DNA of 63,131 bases, counting the filler, from Pelomyxa schiedti (lineage: Eukaryota; Protista; Evosea): the NCBI GenBank assembly GCA_020536535.1. It is 6 parts of 6 records of this genome, joined end to end, with 100 filler letters (N's around TTAATTAATTAA, not from the genome) between each part and the next. Parts side by side here need not be neighbours in the genome. Positions count along the whole stretch, not along the records: positions 1 to 29,830 come from JAHLWZ010000438.1; 5 more parts are not named here. One strand, written 5' to 3'. Positions 1-11,491 of this stretch are shown here, one piece after another (the stretch's first letter is position 1; every line of letters begins with the position of its first letter). Both the position numbers and the translations under genes were made by a program. The notes under the pieces are model-generated. The model did no database searches. It was given only the letters and a program-made list of their open reading frames with translations, and had not been told where the DNA came from.

Positions 1-457
1 ACTTTGGTACTGAGAACCAAGCCCCCAAACGTGGTCTGAACTTCTCAATCAGAAACAACCCCAGGTCAATGTCAGTGGCCGGTTCGGGATCCAGGATTTC
101 CTGCAGCACGCCAACAACTTCACTCTCAGGGATGTTCACGACCCCTGCATGTTGCCAGTTGAACGCTGGTCCATCGAAGTTATTGCAATCAATAAGCTTG
201 CTCAGGGAAAGAGTTGACGTTGTTTTGGTGAGATTGAAGAAGCACTCCTCAAGCAACTGTGCAATGCGCGTGTTGCCGTTGGCGAGTGCAATGTGGATGG
301 CATCAAGGAGATCCTTAGAGCGTAAAGGCAGCTTTTCACACACCAATTTGGCAATGTCCGCATTGTCCTTTCTGTGTGTGCATACACTCTTGAAATCAGA
401 TTCCGTTGGGGTTGCTCTCTTCAACAACCACTGTGCGAACTGAACATCGTCCACATT
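1..457. repeat. Segmental duplication, copy A part 1 (matches 5994-6450)
   Basis: Near-identical sequence at a constant offset of 5993, with a few SNPs. Confidence 0.95.
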
Positions 458-1687
458 CTGAAGAATACTCCCCAATCTGGGTTCGAGAAGGGAAGAGTTC
501 ACACCTTCCAGTGCCCACTTGACGACTTCACAGTTCCTGGAGTCGGTGAAATCCATTTCTTCTGACGGAAGCCACTCCGTCAACCACGTGCACACGCTTA
601 TTATCTCGTCTGCTGGTCCCTTGCAGTTCACTGCACTCCATGCCATGTTACTGGCATCAAGGGGCCACTCTGGAAACATTTCCATGAGCCTCCTGATGTC
701 AGACGCTCGGCGAGGCACTCCCCACCACCATGACACCATCTGCGAAGCCAGCCTCTCCGCGGCATTTATTGTGTTTGCCAGCCACACAACCGTGTCAACC
801 TGGAACTCATCGGCAGCATATAGAAGTCGTTTCAGCAGAAACCAAGACTCGTCAGTCCCGCCAAAGCGAGAGAATGCCCACTTGAGTGTGTCGAGGTGCC
901 CTCGTTCGGCCACAATGTCCAGGAGTGCTGGAATACCCTTGTGACCCCAGAATTCACTCTCCAGCCTCCCAGCAACAGGAAAGTCGCCACCACTTCCACC
1001 ATCATTATCATACTCGTGATAGCAAGTGGGAAGCGGATAAAACACAAACCCCCTTCCACACCCACTTCTTGTTGCTGTTGCTGTTGCTGTGGGTGGGGGA
1101 TCACAGGTGCCAACAACAATAGACCTGCTACGAGGCCACAGCAACGACCCCCAGGGCGCCCCTTCGTCCACGAACCCCCTGGCCGAGTCCAGGTGCCCCC
1201 CGGCGCACAGCCCGGTCAGCACGGCCATGCACTCCTTCCCCCACCCCTGCCTCCTCCACTCTCCCTGCCCCTCCTGGCACTGCTGCGGGCTTGGAGTGGG
1301 GACCGGGCCACTCACGATGGGGGGGCCGTGGGGGAAGTGGGCCAGGAACCAGCGGCAGCAGGAGGGCGCCTGGGCTTCCCCGCAGCAGCGGAGGAACCGA
1401 CGGCGGGAGGCCTCTCTGGCCCGCATGATGGCGCGGCAGACCGGCCCTGCGAGGGGGAACATGGCCTCGGCCACTCGCAGCAGAGCCACGGCGTACTTGT
1501 CCTTGAGCCTCGCGAGGAGGAAGTAGTCGGGTCCGAGCCCCTCGCGTTCCGGTGCGATGTTGTTGCGATGTGGAAGGAACATGAGGCCGCGGTGGGATTG
1601 TGGGATGACCCACGGGACCAGCACCCAGTCCCACACAACTCTCGACACCTCGACAACCCACCCACGCTGCCTGCCTCCACTCGTCAT
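1..1687 (-). CDS. Lineage-specific ankyrin-like repeat protein (runs off the window start)
   Basis: ATG at 1687 opens a frame (MTSGGRQRGWVVEVSRVVWDWVL...AEAMFPL...GLCAGGHLDSA...AERGHLDTLKWAF...VDDVQFAQWLL) that appears stop-free to position 1, which is why it is absent from the ORF track. Homologous to 14152-16284. Confidence 0.75.
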   Translation of the reverse strand, partial: MTSGGRQRGWVVEVSRVVWDWVLVPWVIPQSHRGLMFLPHRNNIAPEREGLGPDYFLLARLKDKYAVALLRVAEAMFPLAGPVCRAIMRAREASRRRFLRCCGEAQAPSCCRWFLAHFPHGPPIVSGPVPTPSPQQCQEGQGEWRRQGWGKECMAVLTGLCAGGHLDSARGFVDEGAPWGSLLWPRSRSIVVGTCDPPPTATATATRSGCGRGFVFYPLPTCYHEYDNDGGSGGDFPVAGRLESEFWGHKGIPALLDIVAERGHLDTLKWAFSRFGGTDESWFLLKRLLYAADEFQVDTVVWLANTINAAERLASQMVSWWWGVPRRASDIRRLMEMFPEWPLDASNMAWSAVNCKGPADEIISVCTWLTEWLPSEEMDFTDSRNCEVVKWALEGVNSSLLEPRLGSILQNVDDVQFAQWLLKRATPTESDFKSVCTHRKDNADIAKLVCEKLPLRSKDLLDAIHIALANGNTRIAQLLEECFFNLTKTTSTLSLSKLIDCNNFDGPAFNWQHAGVVNIPESEVVGVLQEILDPEPATDIDLGLFLIEKFRPRLGAWFSVPK

Positions 1688-2610
1688 CACTTCACTGATC
1701 GCAACAACTTTCGGTTGTATGACGCAGTCTTAAACCCGGGAAGGTAAACAAAAAAAAAATTTGCAAAATAGTTCGGAGAACCCTGGTGATGGGTAAAGAG
1801 CGGTTTTATGCAAATACAATGCGATGTTAAGTGGGTCCTGCCAACGGAAAGGTGCACCTCAACGGGGTTTGTCAACTTGAATCGGCAGAAGTAAAGCAGC
1901 ATGAAATTATCTGCCGGGGCCCATAATGGCATCTCCACAGCAGTTGCCTTCTCGCAGGACTCTGTTTCTGCTGACGTGGATTTCGCTGAACGCGGCGCAG
2001 TGACCTTGCCGCTTGGTACAGTTCCGCAGTCCACGACGAAACAGCCACTGGCAAGTGCGTGTCCAACTTGGAACCTCTCGACCCGGAGATGTCCTCCTTC
2101 TTTTTGAAGTTTATTAGTTGGCTCGTAAAGAAGCAAAGGATACCAAGAGCAGTGATGGTGTTGCTTTGTATTATGGGTGCCGGCTGCGATCGCGGTGATG
2201 ATTTCGATTTGAGATCAATAAAGGACAGCGGTGCCACTACGTTGTGAACGAGAATTCCTTGTTTTGCGCGAGTGTGCCGGCTTGCCGGGAGAAAGAAAGA
2301 AAAAAAAAGACTGAGAACTCATACCGAAATCCCACACATCACCCTGTGCACTTGGAAGAGTATTCCCTCTTACCGCTTCTGGGCTCTTATTTCTGATAGT
2401 GGTCTCTACGTTTGTCCCTGTTGATGCAGGTGCAGGTGCAGCAGGACCGGCAGCGGAGCCTACTGGTATCACCCTGTGCGCGATCTTTTTATTGGAACCT
2501 TCATTAGAATGGCTCATAATAAGCGGTGGTATACAACCTTGGCCCAAGGGCCCTGTCCTTCTGCATTCAGTGAAGTGATTAAGACGTTTCCTATGGTGAA
2601 TGAACTATTT
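1687..2610 (-). CDS. C-terminal exons of a ROCO-family pseudokinase, copy A (truncated by the N gap at 2611-2710)
   Basis: NVLITSLNAEGQGPWAKV...SPEAVRGNTLPSAQGDVWDFG|ILVHNVVAP...|GGHLRVERFQVGHAL, i.e. kinase subdomains VIb-X. The exact stop is uncertain (1872 or 1687). Confidence 0.65.
2138..2610. repeat. Segmental duplication, copy A part 2 (matches 6461-6933)
   Basis: Near-identical sequence at a constant offset of 4323. Confidence 0.95.
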
Positions 2611-3179
2611 NNNNNNNNNNNNNNNNNNNNNNNNNNNNNNNNNNNNNNNNNNNNNNNNNNNNNNNNNNNNNNNNNNNNNNNNNNNNNNNNNNNNNNNNNN
2701 NNNNNNNNNNGTACCAGTTGGCCCATAAGTACATTCCAGCAAAAAAATCACCGTTTTTAAGACCCATGGGTAGATGTAAAATTTGCTGCCAAGCCCAAAT
2801 AATGGCTGCAAGTAACATTGCATTGTTCTGATATAAGACCACATCTTTGGCATTCAAATAGTGTCTCAATGACTCTTGACCATTATTTGGCTCAAAAAAC
2901 CAACAAAACAAAAAACAAAGTTTTTGTTTCCAGTGGGCGCAACAACACACCAATATAACATACATTGTATCACAGTGCCCAGGGGTAAGGACTTAGCAGC
3001 ACCACATAAAACACCAGTCACATTACAAATACCAACAATAAAACTACAGTATCACGCACCCCTTTATCCATCCTGGTCACAAGCTGTCACGGCGACGGCC
3101 TTCGCCATCCCTTGTGTTGAGGCTCACAGTGAGGCCAGAATGTGCCCGCGGCCGCGTGGTTGCCTCAGGTGCGCCTGCC

Positions 3180-5290
3180 CTGCTGTTCCAGAAGATTTCT
3201 TAGCCCCTACTCCCATCAGCAACAGCAGCACAACAAGTGATGATGAAGCTTTGTATTCCAAGTATTCAATTTTTGATGACTCCAAGCCACGTTGTGCAGC
3301 TGTGAACTCCCTTTTCACACCAGAAGCCACCACATTGAGACACATTCCAGACCACAAAAATGTGGCTAAGTTATTTGGTTTGGCACTGCACAGGGGCACT
3401 TCACTGTTGGGGAACTCTGAGTCCAAATTGACAGTTTGCCTCACTCGTCACTTGCTTCCCACAACATTGGAACACAGCAAGTCGTTTCATTGGCAGAACT
3501 GCTGAAAGCATTGTGTGTCAAGCCTTCTTCTTCTGACGAGAACTTCAAACAAGGAGGAGCGTTGGAGCAAGTTCTCCCAATGAACCTGCGGGAAAAGATA
3601 GTGGCCGATGTTGCTCATGGACTGGAGCACCTGCACAGCCAGTATCCTTCAATTGTTCATGGTGACGTTCACATTGGTTTGTTGAGTTCCTCCCTCACTC
3701 TTCTTCTTCCTGACAAACATCACAGGAAACGTGTTGATCACTTCCTTGGATCCGAATGGCTCAGACCCTTTGGTGAAGGTTTCTCCTCCCTATACAGATC
3801 ATGTTAAAAACCTCAGCAACTCAAAGATCACGTATGGGATAATACCGGGGGCCTACCATGGTGAGAGTAGCATTGCCGAAACACCAGAATCAATACTGCA
3901 AGGGAGTGAGATTCTCAGTACACACATTGATGTGTGGAATTTTGGTATTTTTGTTGGGACTTGGGGTAAAATGCCAAAACGACTGTTTTGTGTGGGTAGT
4001 CACAGTTTAAAAGTGGTGAGTCGCAGTGTGGCCCCACCACACTTCCCTTGTTATTTTTTCCACAGTCAATGTTCAGTGGCATTTCTCAAGCTGTCGCCAA
4101 CAACACCGACCAACCACACCCACCGACGCCATTAACCGTCGTCGAACCACACGCTCCCGCACCCAAGGCTGAGCAAAAACAAAATGATGATGAAAATTTT
4201 CTGAGGAAAACGGGCGCACTGGTGTGTGAAAAAAACACCAGCGTGTGCGAAAAAGCGCAGAGATTTTTGGTGTGGACGCACCAAAAGTGAAAAGTGCGTG
4301 GGCCTGGTTCTCCGCACTGGGGCCTCCAAGTTGGCGGGAAGTCCGCAGCCCAGGCAGACCGTCGATGGGGCTGCCCGGGGAGCGTGTTTCCAGGACACAC
4401 AGAGGCTCCGGAGCCGAGAAAAAACGACGCACAAAATGCACGCCGTCCTTTTTTGTCACGAACCGATTTTTTTACAAGACGCCAAAAACCCATCAAAAAA
4501 ACTTCGGGAGGCGATGGGTTTCGTTCTGAACGTCGTGTGTGACCATGCTTTTCTTGTTGGAGGGAGAAAAACGGAGTGTGTGGCCTCGATCACGGTGGTG
4601 CGACAGCCTTGTTTGGGTGTCAGGACAAGTTCACCACTGGGGTGTGACGTCTATTAAAATCACTGCAACACGACAGTGTGGGCAACACACAGTGTTCACA
4701 TGTGTTTTTTGTTGTCACTCAGGAAACTGGTCTTTTTTGTATTTTACCCCAAGTCCCGCTATATAAATGCCAATAAATATCCATCTCCGTTCTCACGGCA
4801 ATCACAAGGAATTCTTGTCCACAACGTTGTGGCACCACAATCCTATGTTGCCCTCAAATCGGCACCAACCGGCAGCAACAATCCTGGACCCCCGGAATAC
4901 TACAGGCTGCTGAGCATAGCTTACTCAACTAATTTGCCATCCCCTTCCCATTCAAATTCCGGTTCTAGCTCTCTAACTCACACAGAACCAGGAACCAAAC
5001 TGAAGTGGAACTCACACATTCAACGGGTTGATAGGTTCCACGTTTGCTGTGCACTCGCCGGTGGCAAATTTGTTGTTGACGTCGAACACTGCACAACCAC
5101 ATCGCTGTCACCAGCAGCATTGGCAGCATCACCAAAAAACCCAGTGGCGATCCCCAGTCATCAAAAGAAGGGCTGTGAAGGCAACAGATCCTCCTCGCAG
5201 CTACCCATTGCCATTTTGGGCACGCCTGCTGAGCCATCAGACAGGCCTTCAATGACTGGCATCAATCACGCTTGGGGATACATTGTATGA
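3180..5290 (+). pseudogene. Inverted paralog of the ROCO kinase module, with a 1-nt frameshift and a transposon in an intron
   Basis: VPEDFLAP...HKNVAKLFG...[frameshift ~3466]...VVSLAELL...LREKIVADVAHGLEHLHSQYPSIVHGDVHIG|NVLITSL...DVWNFG|ILVHNVVAP...RVDRFHVCCAL...EPSDRPSM. Introns at 3677-3725 and 3945-4808 lie at the same positions as in the minus-strand ROCO. Confidence 0.75.
3956..4757. mobile_element. Non-autonomous DNA transposon / MITE (802 bp)
   Basis: Perfect 17-bp TIR (GGGACTTGGGGTAAAAT / ATTTTACCCCAAGTCCC), extending imperfectly to about 33 bp. Removing the element leaves a normal 62-nt intron. Flanks are GTT/GCT, with no exact TSD. Confidence 0.85.
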
Positions 5291-5365
5291 TTGTGATTGT
5301 TCTTGTTGTTTTTTAAAACAATTACCATCGTTCTGCCCCCAAATCATGATTCAGACCTCTCTTTG

Positions 5366-6450
5366 TCACCAGTTCTCATGGCCAAGGGGAAGGAGGCCTT
5401 TGTCCTCCAACCACCAAATGGTTTCCTGGTTGTTGGCCTTCTTTGCTGCTGCAAGATATTTTTCAGTGCCAACAATGTCAGGCCACCACTGCACCAGGAG
5501 TGGTGATGATGCAACAGTGGGCAGGAGGTGGTCGATGTCAGCCTCGATGATGGTTGGGAACAGTCCTAACATCAAACTCCAGCCTGCAAAATCTGCACCT
5601 CTGGGACAAAATTGTTGCAGCTGGAAAACCTTTGGGTTCTGAGGTTAGTGGAGGCTATTGGTTTTTTTTTTGGCAGATGAATTTCACATACGTCATTGGT
5701 GGTCACAGAGAACTTGTGGGCAAACCACTGTGCACAGCTGCACTTGTTTGCGGAAATCAAAGCCACCAGAATCTTCCCCTTCTGTTTGGAGGTCATTTCC
5801 TTTTCCAAGTTGAAATGTGAAATCAGCCACTTGAGCACTTTGCTGGACTGTGAGTAATTGGTCAATAGAATCAGAATCTCAGAGGGAACCAGCCCACCAA
5901 CTTGAGTTTCAGCAAGGTTCACAATCCTTTGGACTTGAAGGAGGTCACCCCCTTGAAGGAGGTAACCCCCATTTTCCAGCGCATAGTTGAGAAACTTTGG
6001 TACTGAGAACCAAGCCCCCAAACGTGGTCTGAACTTCTCAATCAGAAACAACCCCAGGTCAATGTCAGTGGCCGGTTCGGGATCCAGGATTTCCTGCAGC
6101 ACGCCAACAACTTCGCTCTCCGGGATGTTCTCGACCCCTGCATGTTGCCAGTTGAACGCTGGTCCATCGATGTTATTGCATTCAATAAGCTTGCTCAGGG
6201 AAAGAGTTGACGTTGTTTTGGTGAGATTGAAGAAGCGCTCCTCAAGCAACTGTGCAATGCGCGTGTTGCCGTTCGCGAGTGCAATGTGGATGGCATCAAG
6301 GAGATCCTTAGAGCTTAAAGGCAGCTTTTCACACACCAATTTGGCAATGTCCGCATTGTCCTTTCTGTGGTTACATACACTCTTGAAATCAGATTCCGTT
6401 GGGGTTGCTCTCTTCAACAACCACTGTGCGAACTGAACATCGTCCACATT
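5366..6450 (-). pseudogene. 5'-deleted copy of the ankyrin-like gene (C-terminal half only)
   Basis: Duplicate of 1-457 plus the downstream part. Intron 5630-5691 joins ORF 5572-6447 to ORF 5366-5575 (TTND|VFQLQQFCPRGADFAGWSLMLGLFP). The N-terminal ~410 codons are missing. Confidence 0.75.
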
Positions 6451-6460
6451 ATTATTTTTT

Positions 6461-9400
6461 GGATACCAAGAGCAGTGATGGTGTTGCTTGGAATTATGGG
6501 TGCCGGCTGCGATCGCGGTGATGATTTCGATTTGAGATCAATAAAGGACAGCGGTGCCACTACGTTGTGAACGAGAATTCCTTGTTTTGCGTGAGTGTCC
6601 CGGCTTGCCGGGAGAAAGAAAGAAAAAAAAAGACTGAGAACTCATACCGAAATCCCACACATCACCCTGTGCACTTGGAAGAGTATTCCCGCGTACCGCT
6701 TCTGGGTTCTGAGTTCTGATAATGGTCTCTACGTTGAACCCTGTTGATGCAGGTGCAGGTGCAGCAGGACCGGCAGCGGAGCCTGCTGGTATCACCCTGT
6801 GCGCGATCTGTGTATTGGAACCTTCATTAGAATGGCTCATAATAAGCGGTGGTATACAACCTTGGCCCAAGGGCCCTGTCCTTCTGCATTCAGTGAAGTG
6901 ATTAAGACGTTTCCTATGGTGAATGAACTATTTTCGAAAACAGAAGAGTTAACACAAACCAACATGAATATCACCATGGATGAAGGTAGGACAGTGCTCG
7001 TGCAGGGAAAACAGGCCCTGTGCCACGTTTCCCAGTATCTTTTCCCTCAATCTTATAGGAAGAACATCATTCAGGGTTCCCTGGCTCTCTGGGTCAACGC
7101 ACAATACTTCGAGCAATTCGGCCAAGGAGCGAACTTGGTTCGGACTTGCTGTTCTGGGAACCAAGTGAGGAGCAAGTTTGAGGGGGGAAAGGTCTTCACT
7201 CATTCCCAACAGAGTTGCGCCGCGGACACCCACTCCAAAGAATTGTGTGACATTTGGGTTATTCTGCACATTTCTCAGCATGTTGGCTTCAGGCAATAGT
7301 TCCGCCATGGAATTCACAACCTGGTTTGGTTCGTTACTGTTCCGGTCCAAAATGCAGTCAGAACGCAGAACTGTTTCTTGGACCTTTTTCATGGTGGTGC
7401 TGCTTTTGAGGACAGCGAGAGGTTGGAAAAGGTCTTCTGGTGCAACTTCAGCAGGTACAAGTGCAGGAGTGACATGCTTCAGGCAGGTCACTTTCCTTGT
7501 GCCGCTCGTCATCACAGTTTCCATAAGCTCTTTGAGGGAGAAGTAACTGTGGATACCAGAGTCTATGGAAGACCTAGCACCCCACTCAGGAGTGGAGGAC
7601 AAGGATTCTGTCCAGCACCTTGGGCAAAGGAACAAGGGAGTAACAGTAAGGCTGTTGATACTTGATTGAGCTTTTGAGTGGAGTAGATTAAGCGCAACTG
7701 TCATCAGGCTATCCTTCCAGTTGATTTTCTTTCCCTCTAAACAGATTGTTCTTATGGCAACTTCAACTTTTGTGTCTTGTGTTACTTTGTCCACAACGCG
7801 GTTCATAAGCAAGTGAAATGTTGTGGTGCCTTCATCACTGGCAGTCCGAGAGACCAAAATACCATTCCGCCAAAACAAACTTGCCGCAACACGTGGAATG
7901 TGGCATATGGAAGAAAGTACATCTGCAAACGCCTCAACAGGAAGAACCCAAAGTAGAGGAGACACCCATATGTTTTCACAATATTGGCCTTATCTGTTGC
8001 ACCAAGGTTTGAGAAGGCACTCTGAAAATTGGGGGTAGTGTCAGGGAGAAGAAAGAAAGAGGCTTGGGGCTTTAAATGGATCTCCATCAACATTCCCAGG
8101 TTCTTATAGAGTTCTAAATCTGATTTCGTTGCCAGGAACGTGGTGAAAAAACCAGAGCCTTTAGGTGCACTGTTCACAGATTTAGCAAATGTGGATGTCC
8201 TCACTTCATTGAACCAAGATGGCTGCAAAATAACAATTTGATTGTTGCCTGCTGCCACGCTTTGGCTACCACTTTGGCCAAAGAGGCTATGCCTAAAGTG
8301 AAAAATAGAACCCATGTCAGACAGCCAGTCTAAGCACATCTCCAGTTCCTCTTCTTGCTTACTTTGCCTGTGATTCTCCCGACTCCGCATTTGCTTGCGA
8401 GTCTAACGAGCTGAGGCCATGTCAGAGCAGTATTCTTCACTGTAATAAGTAAACCCTGTAGCTTCACCCATCTTGGTGGAACATACACTGGTGATGATGC
8501 GTTCCTTTCAAATGTGTCAACAACGTCTAGTGATATTATTCTTGGCCTGAACTGCCCATCTGGGTGTTTTTTTCTAAATGCATAGCCGCCACCGTCAGTC
8601 AAGTTAACTGCAAAGAATCCACAAAAGTCGATATTTGTGTGATGGAAGGGAATAAGCCCTTGAGGAATGATGTATTTTTCAGAGAGCTGTCTTTGTAGAA
8701 TCCAACAATAACCACCTTCGGCTTTAGAGCCAAATTGTAGCCCTCACGGGTTCGCTTGCTCAAGTGGCATGAATTGATATGGTTAAGCCAGAAGTGTAAC
8801 TTGGGAAGGGCCAAGTGTTGTTTTGGGTCAGCTCTGACTGAATCCAATGAGGCATCAAAAACGAGCACGAATATTGAATCACTGAAAAACAAACAAGGGT
8901 AAAAGGAGTTCCAATTTGTGTTTTGACCACCTTGCACTGAAATTGAAAAGGAAAGAGAAAGGACACAGATATACCCAAGTCCCATGCTGTCCAAGTGAAA
9001 ATAGAAGACCTCTTCCATAGCTTGAAGGGTTTGTATACCTGGATGAGTCCATGACCTTCAGATTCCTTGTTTGGCTTTCCAGTTACTTTAGATTTGTTCT
9101 CCACCAAGCATCTCAGAAATGCGGCTTTCAGGTTCTGTGGTCCACCAACAACAATGATTCTGCTGTTGACTGGTGCTTTGACTGGAACCTCACCAAATAG
9201 TAGGAATAATTTAATAACATTCCAAACTTCATAGGATTCCCGACCCCTCAAACAGCATTGGGGAACTCCTTTCAGAGGGTTTTTGTCAAGAGTCACCTTG
9301 CTCACTCTAGCACGAAGGAGCCATTCTGGGATGTCATTGATTTCATTGCCAGATATATCCAGTGTGTCACACGAGATACCCTCGAGCTGAGGGGGTATGC

Positions 9401-10348
9401 AATCCAATGACTGTTTACTAAGGGGAATGGCTGAAGTACACATATTACATGAAAATAGGAGCTCTTTTACAGCAGTCCAATTCCCGGCTTTCACCCATGC
9501 CCGCATTGCATTTTCCTGAACTGCTGTATGGGGTGCCCCATCAACCAGCTGCAATATTGAGCGAACAGTTGGAGGGGCCATCTGCAAAATGCCAACTGAT
9601 CCTTCCTGTTGGAACGGTGCAACACGTGGGTGTGTGAGAAAGTACGGCAGTGGAATGCCCTGACCTTGAAACCGAAAAACAATTAAAAAAGGCAGTTATG
9701 CTGGATACCTGTATGATTCTGTGTTGGTCCTTTCATGTGAGAAACAAATGAGATTAGTGCCTTCAAGGATCTTTCTGAATTGTCACACTGTTTGAGAAGC
9801 TTTGTTGCGCCTATCTATGGCCTCATTACCATTTCATTTTGATAAAAAAAAAAAAAAAAGACAACATACATTGAATGCAACAACAAGTGGTGTGAAAGAA
9901 GGAAAAGGTTCTCCACGATTGAAAACCAGGATCAGAAAAGGAGTTCCTACCAGGAATTGCTGCCGCAACCACGGAATCCTCTGAATCTTCGTACGCTGCT
10001 GCCATAGTTTCAGCTCCCCAATGGTGAAACACAACACTCCCAACACCCTCACAGAAAATCCCTGGTTCCAAGTTTTGTTTTTGCAGTTGCATTGGCGGTG
10101 GTTCTAATCCTGAGACCGTGGATGTTGAAGAAGAAGAAGAAGAAGAAGAAGAGGAAGACGACTGAGGTTGAATCTGCAACGGCGAGTCTGTTGAAGGTGA
10201 AGAGGGGGCGGAAGGGCGGACGAATTGTGGGTTGATCGCGGTTATCGTTTTTACGCTGAGGTCGCTTCCCTGTGGGCAGCCGCGAATCAAGGCCACGAGG
10301 GAGTAAAATATGTCCGCCGGGACCTATCAAGTAACAGTTCACCGTCAT
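6461..10348 (-). pseudogene. ROCO-family protein (degenerate Ras-like N-terminus, LRR, ROC, COR, pseudokinase); several frameshifts and last exon deleted
   Basis: LRR: LDISGNEINDIPEWL...LDKNPL. ROC: RIIVVGGPQNLKA, WDLG|GQ, SIFVLVFD, VVIVGFYKD. COR: VPPRWVKL, LDWLSDMGSIFHF, VILQPSWF, LFWRNGILV. Kinase: NPNVTQFFG, FIHGDIHVG|NVLI, DVWDFG. Frame jumps without introns near 10305, 9980, 8640, 8365 and 7948. Confidence 0.75.
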
Positions 10349-11491
10349 CGATTTACGGGAAATCCTTTCGTTTGGAGGTTTTCGTGTGGCGTGCTCTTGT
10401 CAGAAGAAGTGCTCCCTCGGTGAACCCAGTTAACAGTTAACCAGGAACCCACCCAGTTAAACAAACCTAAATCAAACACTTTGCTGTGTTTGTGTTCGTG
10501 CTGGTAGCATGTCAAAACAACAGACCCCTGATGGTTGGGGTGCAATTATCGATCTGACCCCTCTGCCTCAAAGTGTAAACACAAGCCATTTGCCTTGAGT
10601 GCAGGGACTTCTACTCTTGGATACTGTTTTAGTGTGGTGGGGTGAACTATGTGGGAAAGGAGGCCCCAGGAAGAGGGAAAAGGAGCGCTAGTCAATTATT
10701 TACTAACCGCAATAGTTACCACTTGGAAAGAGCACATAAATTTGTCAAAAAGTCACAACAACCTACACCAACAGCAACACAAACATTCGACGAGTATGTC
10801 CAAGCAGTTCTTGCTGACAGGATACCCGGACTTAAAAATGAGTGACAATGACAAGGCCACGTCAATGTGACGTGACCCTCAGCGTTGTTTCGCAGTTCAT
10901 GGCTCTAATGCTCTTGTGCGGCACCAACCACTTTGATTGCCAAGACGTCAAAACAGGCTGGTGCTCCTGCATGCAAATTCAACAAACCCAAAGCCACAGC
11001 AGCTTGTGTTCTCCTCTACTCTCCTATTCCTCCTTTTTGGGCGATTCCCAACCTCTGTTCTCTAACACTCTGCTCTCCATTTCTCCCAATTCCCAGCCTT
11101 TTTCCTTCCTCGTGGCAAATTCAGCTGCAATTCAGCAAATCCTGGCGCACCGCCCCAGCGTCGACGACGAGCAGCCTGTGGATCCCGGGTCTGGGGCCAA
11201 CAGGAGCTGCGGAGTGGTGACGTGTCCAAGCCACCCCATTGGTCTGTTTGGTTCTTCAGACAGAATCAAAGAGGCACCTGTTCATCATGAAGGCAACTGA
11301 CTCCAGAGCGGAAAATGGACAGGCGGCTTGTTGTTACTTTGACTCTGGTGCGGTGGTTCTCAGCCTCCCAAATAACAAACAAGTTGTCAAGTTGAGGAGA
11401 AGCTTTTTTCAAAAAACAGTTCAAAACACATAGGTGGGTGGTTTACCCCACCCATCCATGTCGGGTGTTTTTTGGTGTTTGTGGTCTCTTG

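Noticed and set aside
1685-1689. TGATG stop-start overlap between the ROCO-tail ORF and the ankyrin-like gene
   Set aside because: The true ROCO stop is probably upstream (about 1872), and translational coupling is unsupported in a spliced eukaryotic context.
4073-4657. Multiple overlapping ORFs inside the 802-bp element
   Set aside because: No transposase or other recognisable motifs; they are chance ORFs in a stop-poor sequence.
10600-11450. Short plus-strand ORFs, one with an SQFMALM segment resembling the ARDQF family
   Set aside because: Too degenerate to support a gene model.
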